NCBI GenBank assembly: GCA_051439425.1
Contig: JBFRWD010000004.1
Location: 1 to 41,108, forward strand
Reading direction: 5' to 3'
Source: Synechococcus sp.
GTDB lineage: Bacteria; Cyanobacteriota; Cyanobacteriia; Thermostichales; PCC-7336
Length of the DNA stretch: 41,108 nt
Below the pieces are notes generated by a model. It did not search any database and was not told the origin of the DNA. It saw nothing but the letters and a program-made list of their open reading frames with translations. Shown here in pieces: positions 8,659 to 17,358 of the stretch. Made by a program: the position numbers and the translations under genes. Positions within the stretch are counted from its first letter, which is position 1. Each line of letters starts with the position of its first letter.

Positions 8659-10590
8659 ATGACGAGTGCCGCGCAGACTCCTAACGCGCAACCCCAACCC
8701 CCCTCCAAGCTGCAGGAGCAGTGGAGCAAAGCGTTTGGCTTGCTGCAAAAAATGGGCAAGTCTCTCATGTTGCCCGTCTCTGTCCTGCCGGTGGCGGGGA
8801 TGTTACTTGGATTGGGCAGCGCCCGACTGATCGAAATTCAGAAGCTCGAAGAGGGCGTTTTAGAGAGCGCCAAATTTGATTTTCTGCCTGCTGCCCTGGC
8901 AGAAATCATGAAAAGCTCGGGGGATGCCATATTTGCCAACCTACCTGTGATTTTTGCGGTTGCAGTTGCCATTGGTTATACGGGCAATGACGGGGTGTCG
9001 GCCTTGGCGGCGATCGTCGGGTTTGTGGTTTTTCTGGCCTCCCTAGGGGTGTCCTCCGTCATTTTTCACGAGTTGGACCCCAGCGCTCTAAAACCCGTCA
9101 TGGGGATTCCTTCATTGGATACGGGGGTCTTTGGTGGTTTGATTGTGGGCTGTGTAGCGGCCTATATGTTCAACCGTTTTTTTCGCATTAAGCTGCCTCA
9201 ATATTTGGGATTCTTTGCGGGGAAGCGATTCGTACCGATTATCACGTCACTGGCAGCGATCGCCGTTGGCATTTTATTCAGCTTCATTTGGCCCCCGATA
9301 GGCGGAGCGATTGATCGGTTTGCTGAGGCAGCAGCGGAAGGGGGGAACGTCCCGATTACGGTCGCCATCTATGGCTTTGTGGAACGATTGCTCATTCCCT
9401 TCGGCCTGCATCACGTCTGGAACGTGCCGTTCTTCTTTCAAATTGGTTCGTTTGTCGATCCAATTACTGACGAAGTGGTAACGGGGGACATCAACCGTTT
9501 TTTTGCCGGGGACCCAACCGCTGGAATCTTGGGGGGGGCCTATTGGTTCAAGATGTTTGGATTGCCTGCCGCGGCGATCGCGATGTGGCATAGTGCTCGA
9601 CCCGAGAGTCGCAAAGTCATCGGCGGCATTATGATCTCTGCGGCCCTAACGTCTTTACTGACAGGAATTACCGAACCGATCGAGTTTTCCTTCGTGTTTG
9701 TCGCTCCGGTGTTGTACCTAATGCACGCGGTACTGGCGGGGTTTGCAGATTTCTTGTTTGCCAGTCTAGGGGGACGAATGGGGTTCACCTTCTCCCACGG
9801 GGCGATCGACTTTATTTTGTTCTATGGCTTAGGTACTCGGGTGTGGCTGATTCCCTTGCTGGCTCCCCTGTTTGCCGCCTTGTACTACTTTAGTTTTCGC
9901 ATCGTTATCCGGCGGTTTAACCTCAAGACCCCCGGTCGAGAACCGAAATACAGCGACGAAGAGTCAACGGTCAACCTGCCCCAAGATGCGGCAGCCATGT
10001 CCAAAGAACTGACGCTGGCGTTTGGGGGACGCAGCAATATCGAGAGTTTGGACGCCTGCATTACAAGGCTGCGCATCGGAGTAAAGGATATGAGCAAGGT
10101 CAACATTGCTCGTCTCAAGGCATTGGGGGCGTCGGGAGTATTGCAGGTGGGGAATAATGCCCAGGCCATTTTTGGTCCGCGTTCCGAAAACCTCAAAACG
10201 GACATGGAGGAATACCTCAAAACTGCCGGTCCAGAGGCGGATGCGGTCGTTGCCCCAACCCCCGAACAATCCATGACTGTTGAGGCAACTCAACCACAGA
10301 TTGCAGCCGATCCTGCAGCTGTGGAAAAGGCACGCGGTATGGTTGCGGGCATGGGTGGGGCAGAGAATATTTGCAGCGTGGATGCGGTGGCAATGACTCG
10401 ACTGCGGGTGGAACTGGACGACTCAAAGGCATTGCAAGAGCAAGCGCTAAAGCAGTCTGGTGTTAAGGGGTTAATGCGGGTGGAAGATCGCGTATTGCAT
10501 CTAGTCGTGGGATTGAATGCAGACCAATATGCGACCGAAATTGCCAAGCTTTGTAAAGAGGGCGCTGCCCCACCTGCGGGTCACTCATAA
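8659..10590 (+). CDS. ptsG: PTS glucose-family permease EIICB with an extra C-terminal EIIB-like domain
   Basis: PtsG-type motifs GKSLMLPVSVLP, FFAGKRFVPI, PFGLHHVWNVPF, FKMFGLPAAAIAMWHSARPE and LTGITEPIEFSF. EIIB motif LDACITRLR; second copy VDAVAMTRLR. Start set at ATG 8659 because of the GAGG RBS. Confidence 0.92.
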   Translation: MTSAAQTPNAQPQPPSKLQEQWSKAFGLLQKMGKSLMLPVSVLPVAGMLLGLGSARLIEIQKLEEGVLESAKFDFLPAALAEIMKSSGDAIFANLPVIFAVAVAIGYTGNDGVSALAAIVGFVVFLASLGVSSVIFHELDPSALKPVMGIPSLDTGVFGGLIVGCVAAYMFNRFFRIKLPQYLGFFAGKRFVPIITSLAAIAVGILFSFIWPPIGGAIDRFAEAAAEGGNVPITVAIYGFVERLLIPFGLHHVWNVPFFFQIGSFVDPITDEVVTGDINRFFAGDPTAGILGGAYWFKMFGLPAAAIAMWHSARPESRKVIGGIMISAALTSLLTGITEPIEFSFVFVAPVLYLMHAVLAGFADFLFASLGGRMGFTFSHGAIDFILFYGLGTRVWLIPLLAPLFAALYYFSFRIVIRRFNLKTPGREPKYSDEESTVNLPQDAAAMSKELTLAFGGRSNIESLDACITRLRIGVKDMSKVNIARLKALGASGVLQVGNNAQAIFGPRSENLKTDMEEYLKTAGPEADAVVAPTPEQSMTVEATQPQIAADPAAVEKARGMVAGMGGAENICSVDAVAMTRLRVELDDSKALQEQALKQSGVKGLMRVEDRVLHLVVGLNADQYATEIAKLCKEGAAPPAGHS

Positions 10591-10685
10591 GAATAGTCTC
10601 TCCTAGTAGCTCCTATAGCTGCAGCCGGTGCTGACAACACAAAGGGCTAGGTGCTGCGAGCATGGAGTGACTAGCAAGATCTACC

Positions 10686-12488
10686 GAAACTGCCAGAATT
10701 GAGGGCGCAAATCAAGGGATAGAAATGAATGGTGCTATTTCCATATCCTTGGCCTCCAAGCGGCCAAAAAAAAAACAGCTTCCAATTCTTAAACCCTCTG
10801 CCGAAATTGAGCCTGTTGCTCGGATAAGCACGCGTATTCTGTCATTTGCCTCAGATACATCAAAAGCTGATTTATTTCATCAAAAACTTCGCAAAGCGGG
10901 TTGGCTGATTTGAAGGCTCCAAATCCCATCATTGGATAGTATCTGCCCTAAACTAGACGATGACTCGGCTCTCAACCACAGTGTGATAACGCCAACTGGC
11001 GGCCAGCCGTTGGAGCTCAGCCAGTGCATCCTTGGCACAACTAAAGTCAGTTTTGCCCTGACGGCGTAATTGCTTCTCGGCCAATAGCCGCTGTTTCTCC
11101 ACTTGCTTGTTGAGTTGCTGGCAGTCGCTCTCAAGCCGAGCTTGGTTTTCTACAACCACCCAACGCTGCTTGACATCTCCATAAGTGCTACAAACACTGC
11201 TGAGACGATAGCCCTCTCGCTCATTGGCGTAGAAGGCCTCAGACGGCAGTTGGGTGACTAACTCCTGAGCGGAGGCAAGGGTTAATGGGACACGGGTAAT
11301 CCAACGCAGTGACCCCAGTAGGGCTAAGCTCTCGGCGCTATACAGGGCGCTATCGGCTACGAGTGTTCCCTCTACATCCCACTGCTCGCAGAAGGTTTTG
11401 AACCGTTGCCCAAACACGGCTTTATCCGATTGATTACCACTAGCCACCTCAAACGCCAACGGCACTTCGCCATCGTTACAGCAAATCGTTTCGATGATGA
11501 ACTGTTTCAGGTCGGGACGGTGGTCTTTTGAATAGCCATGGGTGATTTGGAAGCAACCCTCACTGTCCTCTCCCTCTTCGTACGCTCCATGCACACTCAC
11601 ACTGCTGCTATCGAGGGGGTATATCTGCACGTCTAAGCCCATCGTTCGATATGCTTCCACCGCAATCAGGCTGAATAGCTGGCTAGGGCCGTACTCCCAG
11701 ACTTGATCCAGCAGTCGACCCAGATAATCATCATTCAGGTGGTCTGCTTCGATTCCTTCTCCCAGTAAGTGACTGGTCGCCTTACCCACGAAGAAGCTTT
11801 CGTACAAGTACAGTGGCGCACTGACAAAGCCCAATCCATTCAGAATCATTGCTTTGATTCCTTGACCGGGACTAACTATTTGCTGTGGATGAGTGCCCAG
11901 GCTCTCATTGACACGCTCCTCTAGCTTTATTTCGTCTACAATTCCGGAAATGATTCCTAAGTGATTTAGGTCTTCGACACGCATCCTCTCGTTCGGGGTC
12001 AAAAAGCGCTCACTACTTAATTTCCCAATTCTCTTCCACAACATGTGGAATGAATGTTTTATCCACATACAAGTTGCGGTTGACTGTTCCTCGAAGTTTA
12101 ACTCGCAACTGATGGATGAAGATTGGAAAGAATCTTCCAGCCCAATCCCTTAAAGTTTTGTGAGTGAACTCGAAGCCACGTAGCAAGAAGAATTCCACCT
12201 GATTGCGCAAGCTGAGCTTGGATTACACTCGACTGAACAGGACATAGAAGACAATGTCGGTATAGACTTCGACGAAAGTGAAGGGAGTTCCTGTTCGTTC
12301 GTTGAAGGTGCGCTCGCAGTTCTGACAGCGAAAGACTGGGTAACCAAAATTGGTCGTGCGTTTGAGACGAGTAATGCTGCCAGATGTGCAATGGAGACAG
12401 TTCATTCAGGGCGAGCAAGTACTGGGGTAAGACTGCGTAGCCTAGCAGACTGATGCTCCTCGCTGAGATCTCAGATCTGACAGAATCT
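10686..12488 (-). mobile_element. Degenerate IS6-family element interrupted by an IS1634-family element
   Basis: N-terminal pieces at 12405-12055 read MNCLHC...FRCQNCERTFNERTGTPF and FFLLRGFEFTHKTLRDW...LYVDKTFI. The C-terminal piece at ~10945-10790 reads RYYPMMGFGAFKSANPLCEVFDE...AQFRQRV. The end motif CTGACAGAATC is at ~12478-12488, with a degenerate partner at ~10686-10703. Confidence 0.75.
10953..11984 (-). pseudogene. IS1634-family transposase, 3'-truncated (343 aa)
   Basis: Motifs DLNHLGIISGIVDEI, MILNGLGFVSAPLY, LNDDYLGRLLD, ITHGYSKDHRPDLKQF and VADSALYS. It ends abruptly at the junction with the IS6 C-terminal piece. Confidence 0.88.
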
Positions 12489-12619
12489 GAGCTTGGGAGG
12501 TCGTTTTGGGGAAGGTAGCCCTCAAGTGAACCAAGCCGAAAATTCTACTGTTCTCACGGAGTCAAAGCGATGCAGGACAGTCATCCACGAATGAACTACC
12601 GGTGATATCGAACTGAAAA

Positions 12620-12647
12620 TGATCCGTTTTGGGACTTAACGCGTATT
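12620..12647 (+). promoter_or_regulatory. Candidate ECF sigma promoter TGATCC-N16-CGTATT
   Basis: TGATCC at 12620-12625 and CGTA at 12642-12645, about 30 bp before the fasciclin ATG. It resembles promoters of RskA-paired (SigK/RpoT-like) ECF sigma factors. Confidence 0.5.
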
Positions 12648-12678
12648 AACAGATAGAAATATTTGCTAGGAGCAAGTC

Positions 12679-13257
12679 ATGGGCTATTTCTTCCCCACCA
12701 TCAGCACATACGGCATTGGTGTCTTAGTTGCAGTCAGCAGCCTTTTACCTGCCACAAATTTTGCAGTAGCTCAAGCCACTAATCCTTCTGAGCCTCTACA
12801 AGTTGCCGCAACACCCCAAATGTCCGAGAAGTCATCCACCACGGACAAAACTTTAGTAGGGCTAGCTGCTTCTAGCGAGAATTTTACAACTCTGGCAGCA
12901 GCGATCGAAGCTGCAGATTTAGTAGACATTCTCAATGGTAGCGATGTCTTTACAGTCTTTGCTCCCACGGATGAAGCCTTTGCCGCTCTGCCTGAAGGAA
13001 CGTTGGATACCTTGCTTCAGCCCGAAAACAAGGAACAACTCGTTCAAATCCTGACCTACCATGTTGTATCCGGGAGCGTCATGTCTGGCGACCTTGAAGA
13101 AGGGACTGTCACATCTGTTGAAGGAAGCGAGCTAGCTGTGGAGATCGATGGTTCGGATGTTGCCATAGGCGAAGCAAAAGTCATTCAGGCAGATATCGAA
13201 GCCAGTAATGGTGTAATCCATGCGATCGATCAAGTGCTTTTGCCCCCAGCACAGTAG
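12679..13257 (+). CDS. Secreted fasciclin (FAS1) domain protein
   Basis: Signal-peptide-like N-terminus; motifs FTVFAPTDEAFAALP, ILTYHVV and ASNGVIHAIDQVLLP; AGGAG RBS. Confidence 0.93.
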   Translation: MGYFFPTISTYGIGVLVAVSSLLPATNFAVAQATNPSEPLQVAATPQMSEKSSTTDKTLVGLAASSENFTTLAAAIEAADLVDILNGSDVFTVFAPTDEAFAALPEGTLDTLLQPENKEQLVQILTYHVVSGSVMSGDLEEGTVTSVEGSELAVEIDGSDVAIGEAKVIQADIEASNGVIHAIDQVLLPPAQ

Positions 13258-13612
13258 CGCATTGCTTCAAGGCTGCACGAGCTTCAGAGCAGGGGGTTAA
13301 CTTTGTTGCTCTTCTCTCCAGGGTGCAGCCGGCTCAGCCTGAGAAAGGTATGCAAGGTTCTCAAGGTCTATCTATTAATGAGAGCTTCTCCGCCATGCGG
13401 GCTGGGAGGCCCCTAGGAATAGAGTTTCTGGCTCTCTAAAAAAGCCGTTGCAACTTCCTTTCTGCTGTTCAAGGCGGCATCTTGCCGGGGAGGTAGGGTT
13501 GGGGCAGTGGGGAACGCACACTCCCTGTATTCACCCGCGGCTCCGATCGCAACCGATACCACCGAAGCAAAACAAATGCGGACGCAAATCTTGAATTGAC
13601 AACTCGACGCGA

Positions 13613-14239
13613 ATGCTTAGCCTCAGACTATTAGAGCCAAACAGCGAAATGGCATCGGATTTAACTTCACCGACCCCCGAGCAGACACCTGAATTGACGG
13701 ATCTCGAATTAGTCGAGGCTCTCAAAGACTGTGATACCGCTGCCCTCAGCCGACTTTACGACCGCTATTCTGGCTTAATCTATGGTTTAGCCTTACGAAT
13801 TCTGAAGGTGCCTGAAGAAGCTGAAGATGTTACCCAAGAAGTTTTTCTCAAACTCTGGCAAAAAGCCGGACTCTACAATCCTAATCGAGGCTCAGTCAGT
13901 AGTTTTCTGGTAACAATGGCAAGATCGCGAGCCATTGACAAGCTGCGATCTCGAGGCTCCCGGTTCCGATTTCTCCAACGCTGGCAAACCTCTACTGTCC
14001 ACAATATCGGTGGGGAAGCTCCCTTAGAATCTGTTTCGCGACAGGAGCGCGCACAGGTAGTCCACTCAGCCTTGAAAAATCTATCCGACAAAGAACGCCG
14101 GGTGCTGGAGTTTTCTTACTACGAAGGGCTGAGCTATTCTGAGACAGCTCAACGTCTCGAGCTTCCTCTCGGCACTGTCAAGTCCCGCGCCCGCACAGGA
14201 CTTCATAAACTTCGACATGCATTGAAGCACTCTCTTTGA
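13613..14239 (+). CDS. ECF RNA polymerase sigma factor (SigK-like)
   Basis: Motifs LYDRYS, AEDVTQEVFLKLW, MARSRAIDKLR and YYEGLSYSETAQRLELPLGTVKSR. Confidence 0.93.
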   Translation: MLSLRLLEPNSEMASDLTSPTPEQTPELTDLELVEALKDCDTAALSRLYDRYSGLIYGLALRILKVPEEAEDVTQEVFLKLWQKAGLYNPNRGSVSSFLVTMARSRAIDKLRSRGSRFRFLQRWQTSTVHNIGGEAPLESVSRQERAQVVHSALKNLSDKERRVLEFSYYEGLSYSETAQRLELPLGTVKSRARTGLHKLRHALKHSL

Positions 14240-15108
14240 ATTCAGGGACTATGACTCGTTCGAACCATTCCGAGAATTGGCATGAGCTACTACTGGATTA
14301 TGTGCTGGGGAACCTCGCTTCGGAGGAAGCCGCAGCTTTACAGCAGCAGATATCAGATAACCCTGAGCTTCAAAAAGAGCTGTTAGCACTGCAAGAAGCA
14401 CTATCAACGCTGCCCTACACACTACCTGAAACCAATCCACCGTCGAGACTAAAGGCGTCTATCTTGCATGCGATTGAGGAGTCCGGGTTACAAAATCCGT
14501 CCCCAGATCGGCTCGCTCGTGCGCTACCTCCTGAAGCAAAAGAGCGGAGAGCAAAGCCTCGAATCTGGCAGAAGTCTCGGATTCTCGGTCTATCTACATC
14601 AATTGCTGCCGGGCTCGTACTGGCCCTCGGGCTTGACAATTACCGTCTTCGTCTAAAGCTCGATACAACAGCTCAGCTACAGCAACAAGTTCAGCAATAC
14701 CGTGTCGAACTCTCTAACCAACAGGATCAATTACAAACAACTAGCACTCTCGTTAGAGCACTACAAAGAACTGAGCCTATCCTTCTGTATGGGCTCGAAG
14801 GAACTGGCCAAGCGGAAGGAGTGACAGGGCGGTTGGTGATGGTTCCCGGCCGGGAAGAAATCGTGTTTGTTTCTAATAATTTGCCAACACTCTCCGAAAA
14901 ACAGGTTTATCGTCTTTGGGCGATTGCAGAAGAATCGGCTTCTCCGCAATATTGCGGCCAGTTTAGAAGTAGCACGATTGGTGCAGTCCACTGGTCCGCA
15001 CCAACCACCAGCTGTAGCAACAATCCAATTCAGCTTTTGATTACCCTCGACATGTTCGAAGACTCCATCGAATCGGCAGGGCCTCTGGTCATGCAGGGCC
15101 AGATTTGA
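14236..15108 (+). CDS. Anti-sigma factor, RskA family
   Basis: Overlaps the sigma stop codon (TTGA). Has the N-terminal ELLLDYVLGNL...PPSRLKASIL, one TM helix, a coiled coil, and a C-terminal LPTLSEKQVYRLWAI...GPLVMQG. Confidence 0.85.
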   Translation: MNSGTMTRSNHSENWHELLLDYVLGNLASEEAAALQQQISDNPELQKELLALQEALSTLPYTLPETNPPSRLKASILHAIEESGLQNPSPDRLARALPPEAKERRAKPRIWQKSRILGLSTSIAAGLVLALGLDNYRLRLKLDTTAQLQQQVQQYRVELSNQQDQLQTTSTLVRALQRTEPILLYGLEGTGQAEGVTGRLVMVPGREEIVFVSNNLPTLSEKQVYRLWAIAEESASPQYCGQFRSSTIGAVHWSAPTTSCSNNPIQLLITLDMFEDSIESAGPLVMQGQI

Positions 15109-15473
15109 TGAATAGACTTCACAACGTTAAGTCAGGCAGAAAAAAGTTCCCTTGCAACGCTCTTGATATTTTTTGGTTTCATTCAGGAAGCTGATTAGCA
15201 TTGCAAAAACGAGTTCTTAATTTAGTAGTGATGGTAGTCTGAGTGACCACACCACCAATCCTTTGCCTAAATGCGCTTAGATACTCCGTTTCCAATGGCG
15301 TCATTTCCTCTCCTGGCTGACCATATTAAATATCAGGTGACATATACTTTATTCGCCGAGCTATCAAAGTCTAGAAAAGATGATATCCGAGAAATATTCA
15401 TCAGCCGATTACCTGCTTTTAAATAGTCATAAAAGTTACAATCTACATATATTATTGTTGTTGAGGTTCAAGC

Positions 15474-16082
15474 ATGAACGTTATTAGATTAGGTGTATAT
15501 TCTCTTTCTTTTTTTAAGACATACCTGCTATCAGCTTTGATATTCCCTCTTGGAGTTAATGCTGGTACGACAAATGAATTCACATCAAATTACTCAGAAC
15601 AACTTGGGGAAGGTGCTGATATAGCTCAGGTTTTTAGTGATGAGTCTGATGACTTAGAAGAAGAGACTTTCCGCATAACCTACCTTGGCGTTGGAGGTAC
15701 AATTGGGTTGGCAGATAATGGCGATACACCGATAGGCAACGGAGGTTTCTCACTAGCAGGACGCATTTCTTTCACTGAGAACATATCTATCCATACAGCT
15801 TCAGTGATTGGTAGTGATTCATTATTTTCACTGGCATTAACAGGCGGGGCCCCCATTCGAAATTCATCGGATGACAATATTAATTTCTTTCCATTCGTAG
15901 GTGCAGGTCTCTCGGCAGAAATAGATGACTTCACTATAGCCCCCTTGATTTCTGCCGGGGTTGATATTCCTATAAACGAGCTACTAACAGGAACCGCACG
16001 GGTGAATACAAATTTTGCTGATGATGGCACTGACGTCGGCTTAGTCCTTGGTGTTGGAGTTAACATATTTAGACTATTTTAG
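15474..16082 (+). CDS. Putative small outer-membrane beta-barrel protein
   Basis: Signal peptide; amphipathic strands (TYLGVGGTIGL, PFVGAGL, LISAGVDIPI, DVGLVLGVGVNIF); ends in Phe; GAGG RBS. Confidence 0.65.
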   Translation: MNVIRLGVYSLSFFKTYLLSALIFPLGVNAGTTNEFTSNYSEQLGEGADIAQVFSDESDDLEEETFRITYLGVGGTIGLADNGDTPIGNGGFSLAGRISFTENISIHTASVIGSDSLFSLALTGGAPIRNSSDDNINFFPFVGAGLSAEIDDFTIAPLISAGVDIPINELLTGTARVNTNFADDGTDVGLVLGVGVNIFRLF

Positions 16083-16520
16083 AGATTTGCTGGCACTGTT
16101 AATTTGGAGTAGCGATTCCTATTGTCAAAAAAGGTTTTTTATGGCTTCATCGTAACTTTCATGGCTAGACAATCGTTTTATTCAGCCATGGAAATACAAA
16201 AAGGGGGAATGAAGTCAAACGGTTGTATAGAACAAGATCGGAATAAATTCCTAATGAGGAGTTCTGTAGTTTCCTCTGAGAATGGCAAATATAACCGATC
16301 TATTATCTGTAAAATCTTTGAGGAAATATCCCCTATAACACAGTCAATTAACTACAGATAATTCAGGGTTATCTAGAATATGTGAAATATGCAGAGATGA
16401 AATTACTTGCACACTCCCTAGGTCGATCTTTCACGCCATTTACCTTAGGCTATCAGCTCAATCCATCTACCAATTTCATCCGATCGGGCAACACGTAGCT
16501 TTTATCAGTGTCAAGCATTC

Positions 16521-17073
16521 AGCGAAGCTCAAATTCAGCGCAATTTTGAAACCAATCTTTATGGCCCCATCAACGTGATGAGAGATGCATTGCCTATTCT
16601 GCGAGCCCAAGGAAGCGGGCACATCGTTAATATGTCAGCCATTGCTGGATTCACCAACGTAACTGGGCTTCTCAATTTATGGCGGCGCGAAGTTTGCTCT
16701 AGAAGGTGTCTCAGAGGCCTTGCACGGGGAGTTAGAACCTTTTGGGATTAACGTCACTCTTGTGGAACCGGGGCCGTTTCGGACAGACTTCATTGGGCGA
16801 TCGCTCGACAGAGTTGAGCAACCAATGCCAGAGTACGAGCCAAGCGTCGGCAAATTTCTCAGCTTTCTGAACAAGATTGAAGGACAGCAACCCGGCGATC
16901 CAACCAAGGCCGCCAACGCCATCATTCAAATGGTGGAATCAGATAACCCACCGCTACGCCTGGTTTTAGGTGGATACGCTTATGGCAAGTGCCGCAAAAA
17001 GATTGAATCTCTCACTCAGGAACTGGACAAATGGGAATCGATTGGCATTGCGACCGACTTCGCGACTTCTTGA
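16521..17073 (+). pseudogene. Short-chain dehydrogenase/reductase pseudogene
   Basis: 5'-truncated with no Rossmann GxxxGxG. Reads EAQIQRNFETNLYGPINVMRDALPILRAQGSGHIVNMSAIAG, then a frameshift near 16660, then YGGAKFALEG (YxxxK) and VEPGPFRTDF. Confidence 0.85.
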
Positions 17074-17095
17074 ATAGGCGAATCACACGAATCGA

Positions 17096-17196
17096 TATAG
17101 CAATCCGCTGTAAGGTCTGGAGGATTGAGACAGCGAAAATACTTAGTTCTCAAGGAAAAGTAGTCAGGGAAGTCCCCATAGCGGATTGCCGATCGC
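17096..17196. mobile_element. MITE-like dispersed repeat, copy 1
   Basis: Runs TATAGCAATCCGCTG ... ATAGCGGATTGCCGATCGC with inverted ends GCAATCCGCT. A second copy is at 21841-21918. Confidence 0.7.
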
Positions 17197-17358
17197 AATA
17201 TCGTCAACGATGCCTTACAAAGCGCCATCATAAGTCGATTGGGTGTACGATCGCGGCGAGATCGAGGACGTAGCTGAGTTGGTGTCGCGAGGTAAGACGA
17301 GACACTTGTTTTGAAGAGATTTACGAGATGGGATTTGCTCATCTGGTGAGCGAGGTGA

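Noticed and set aside
8659..10590. N-acetylglucosamine specificity (nagE/nagF)
   Set aside because: The EIIA-HPr-EI fusion resembles NagF, but the EIIC motifs read closer to PtsG and no nagA/nagB is adjacent. Glucose is preferred, though the substrate is unproven.
10725..10913. 62-aa plus-strand ORF
   Set aside because: It is the antisense of the IS6 transposase C-terminal remnant.
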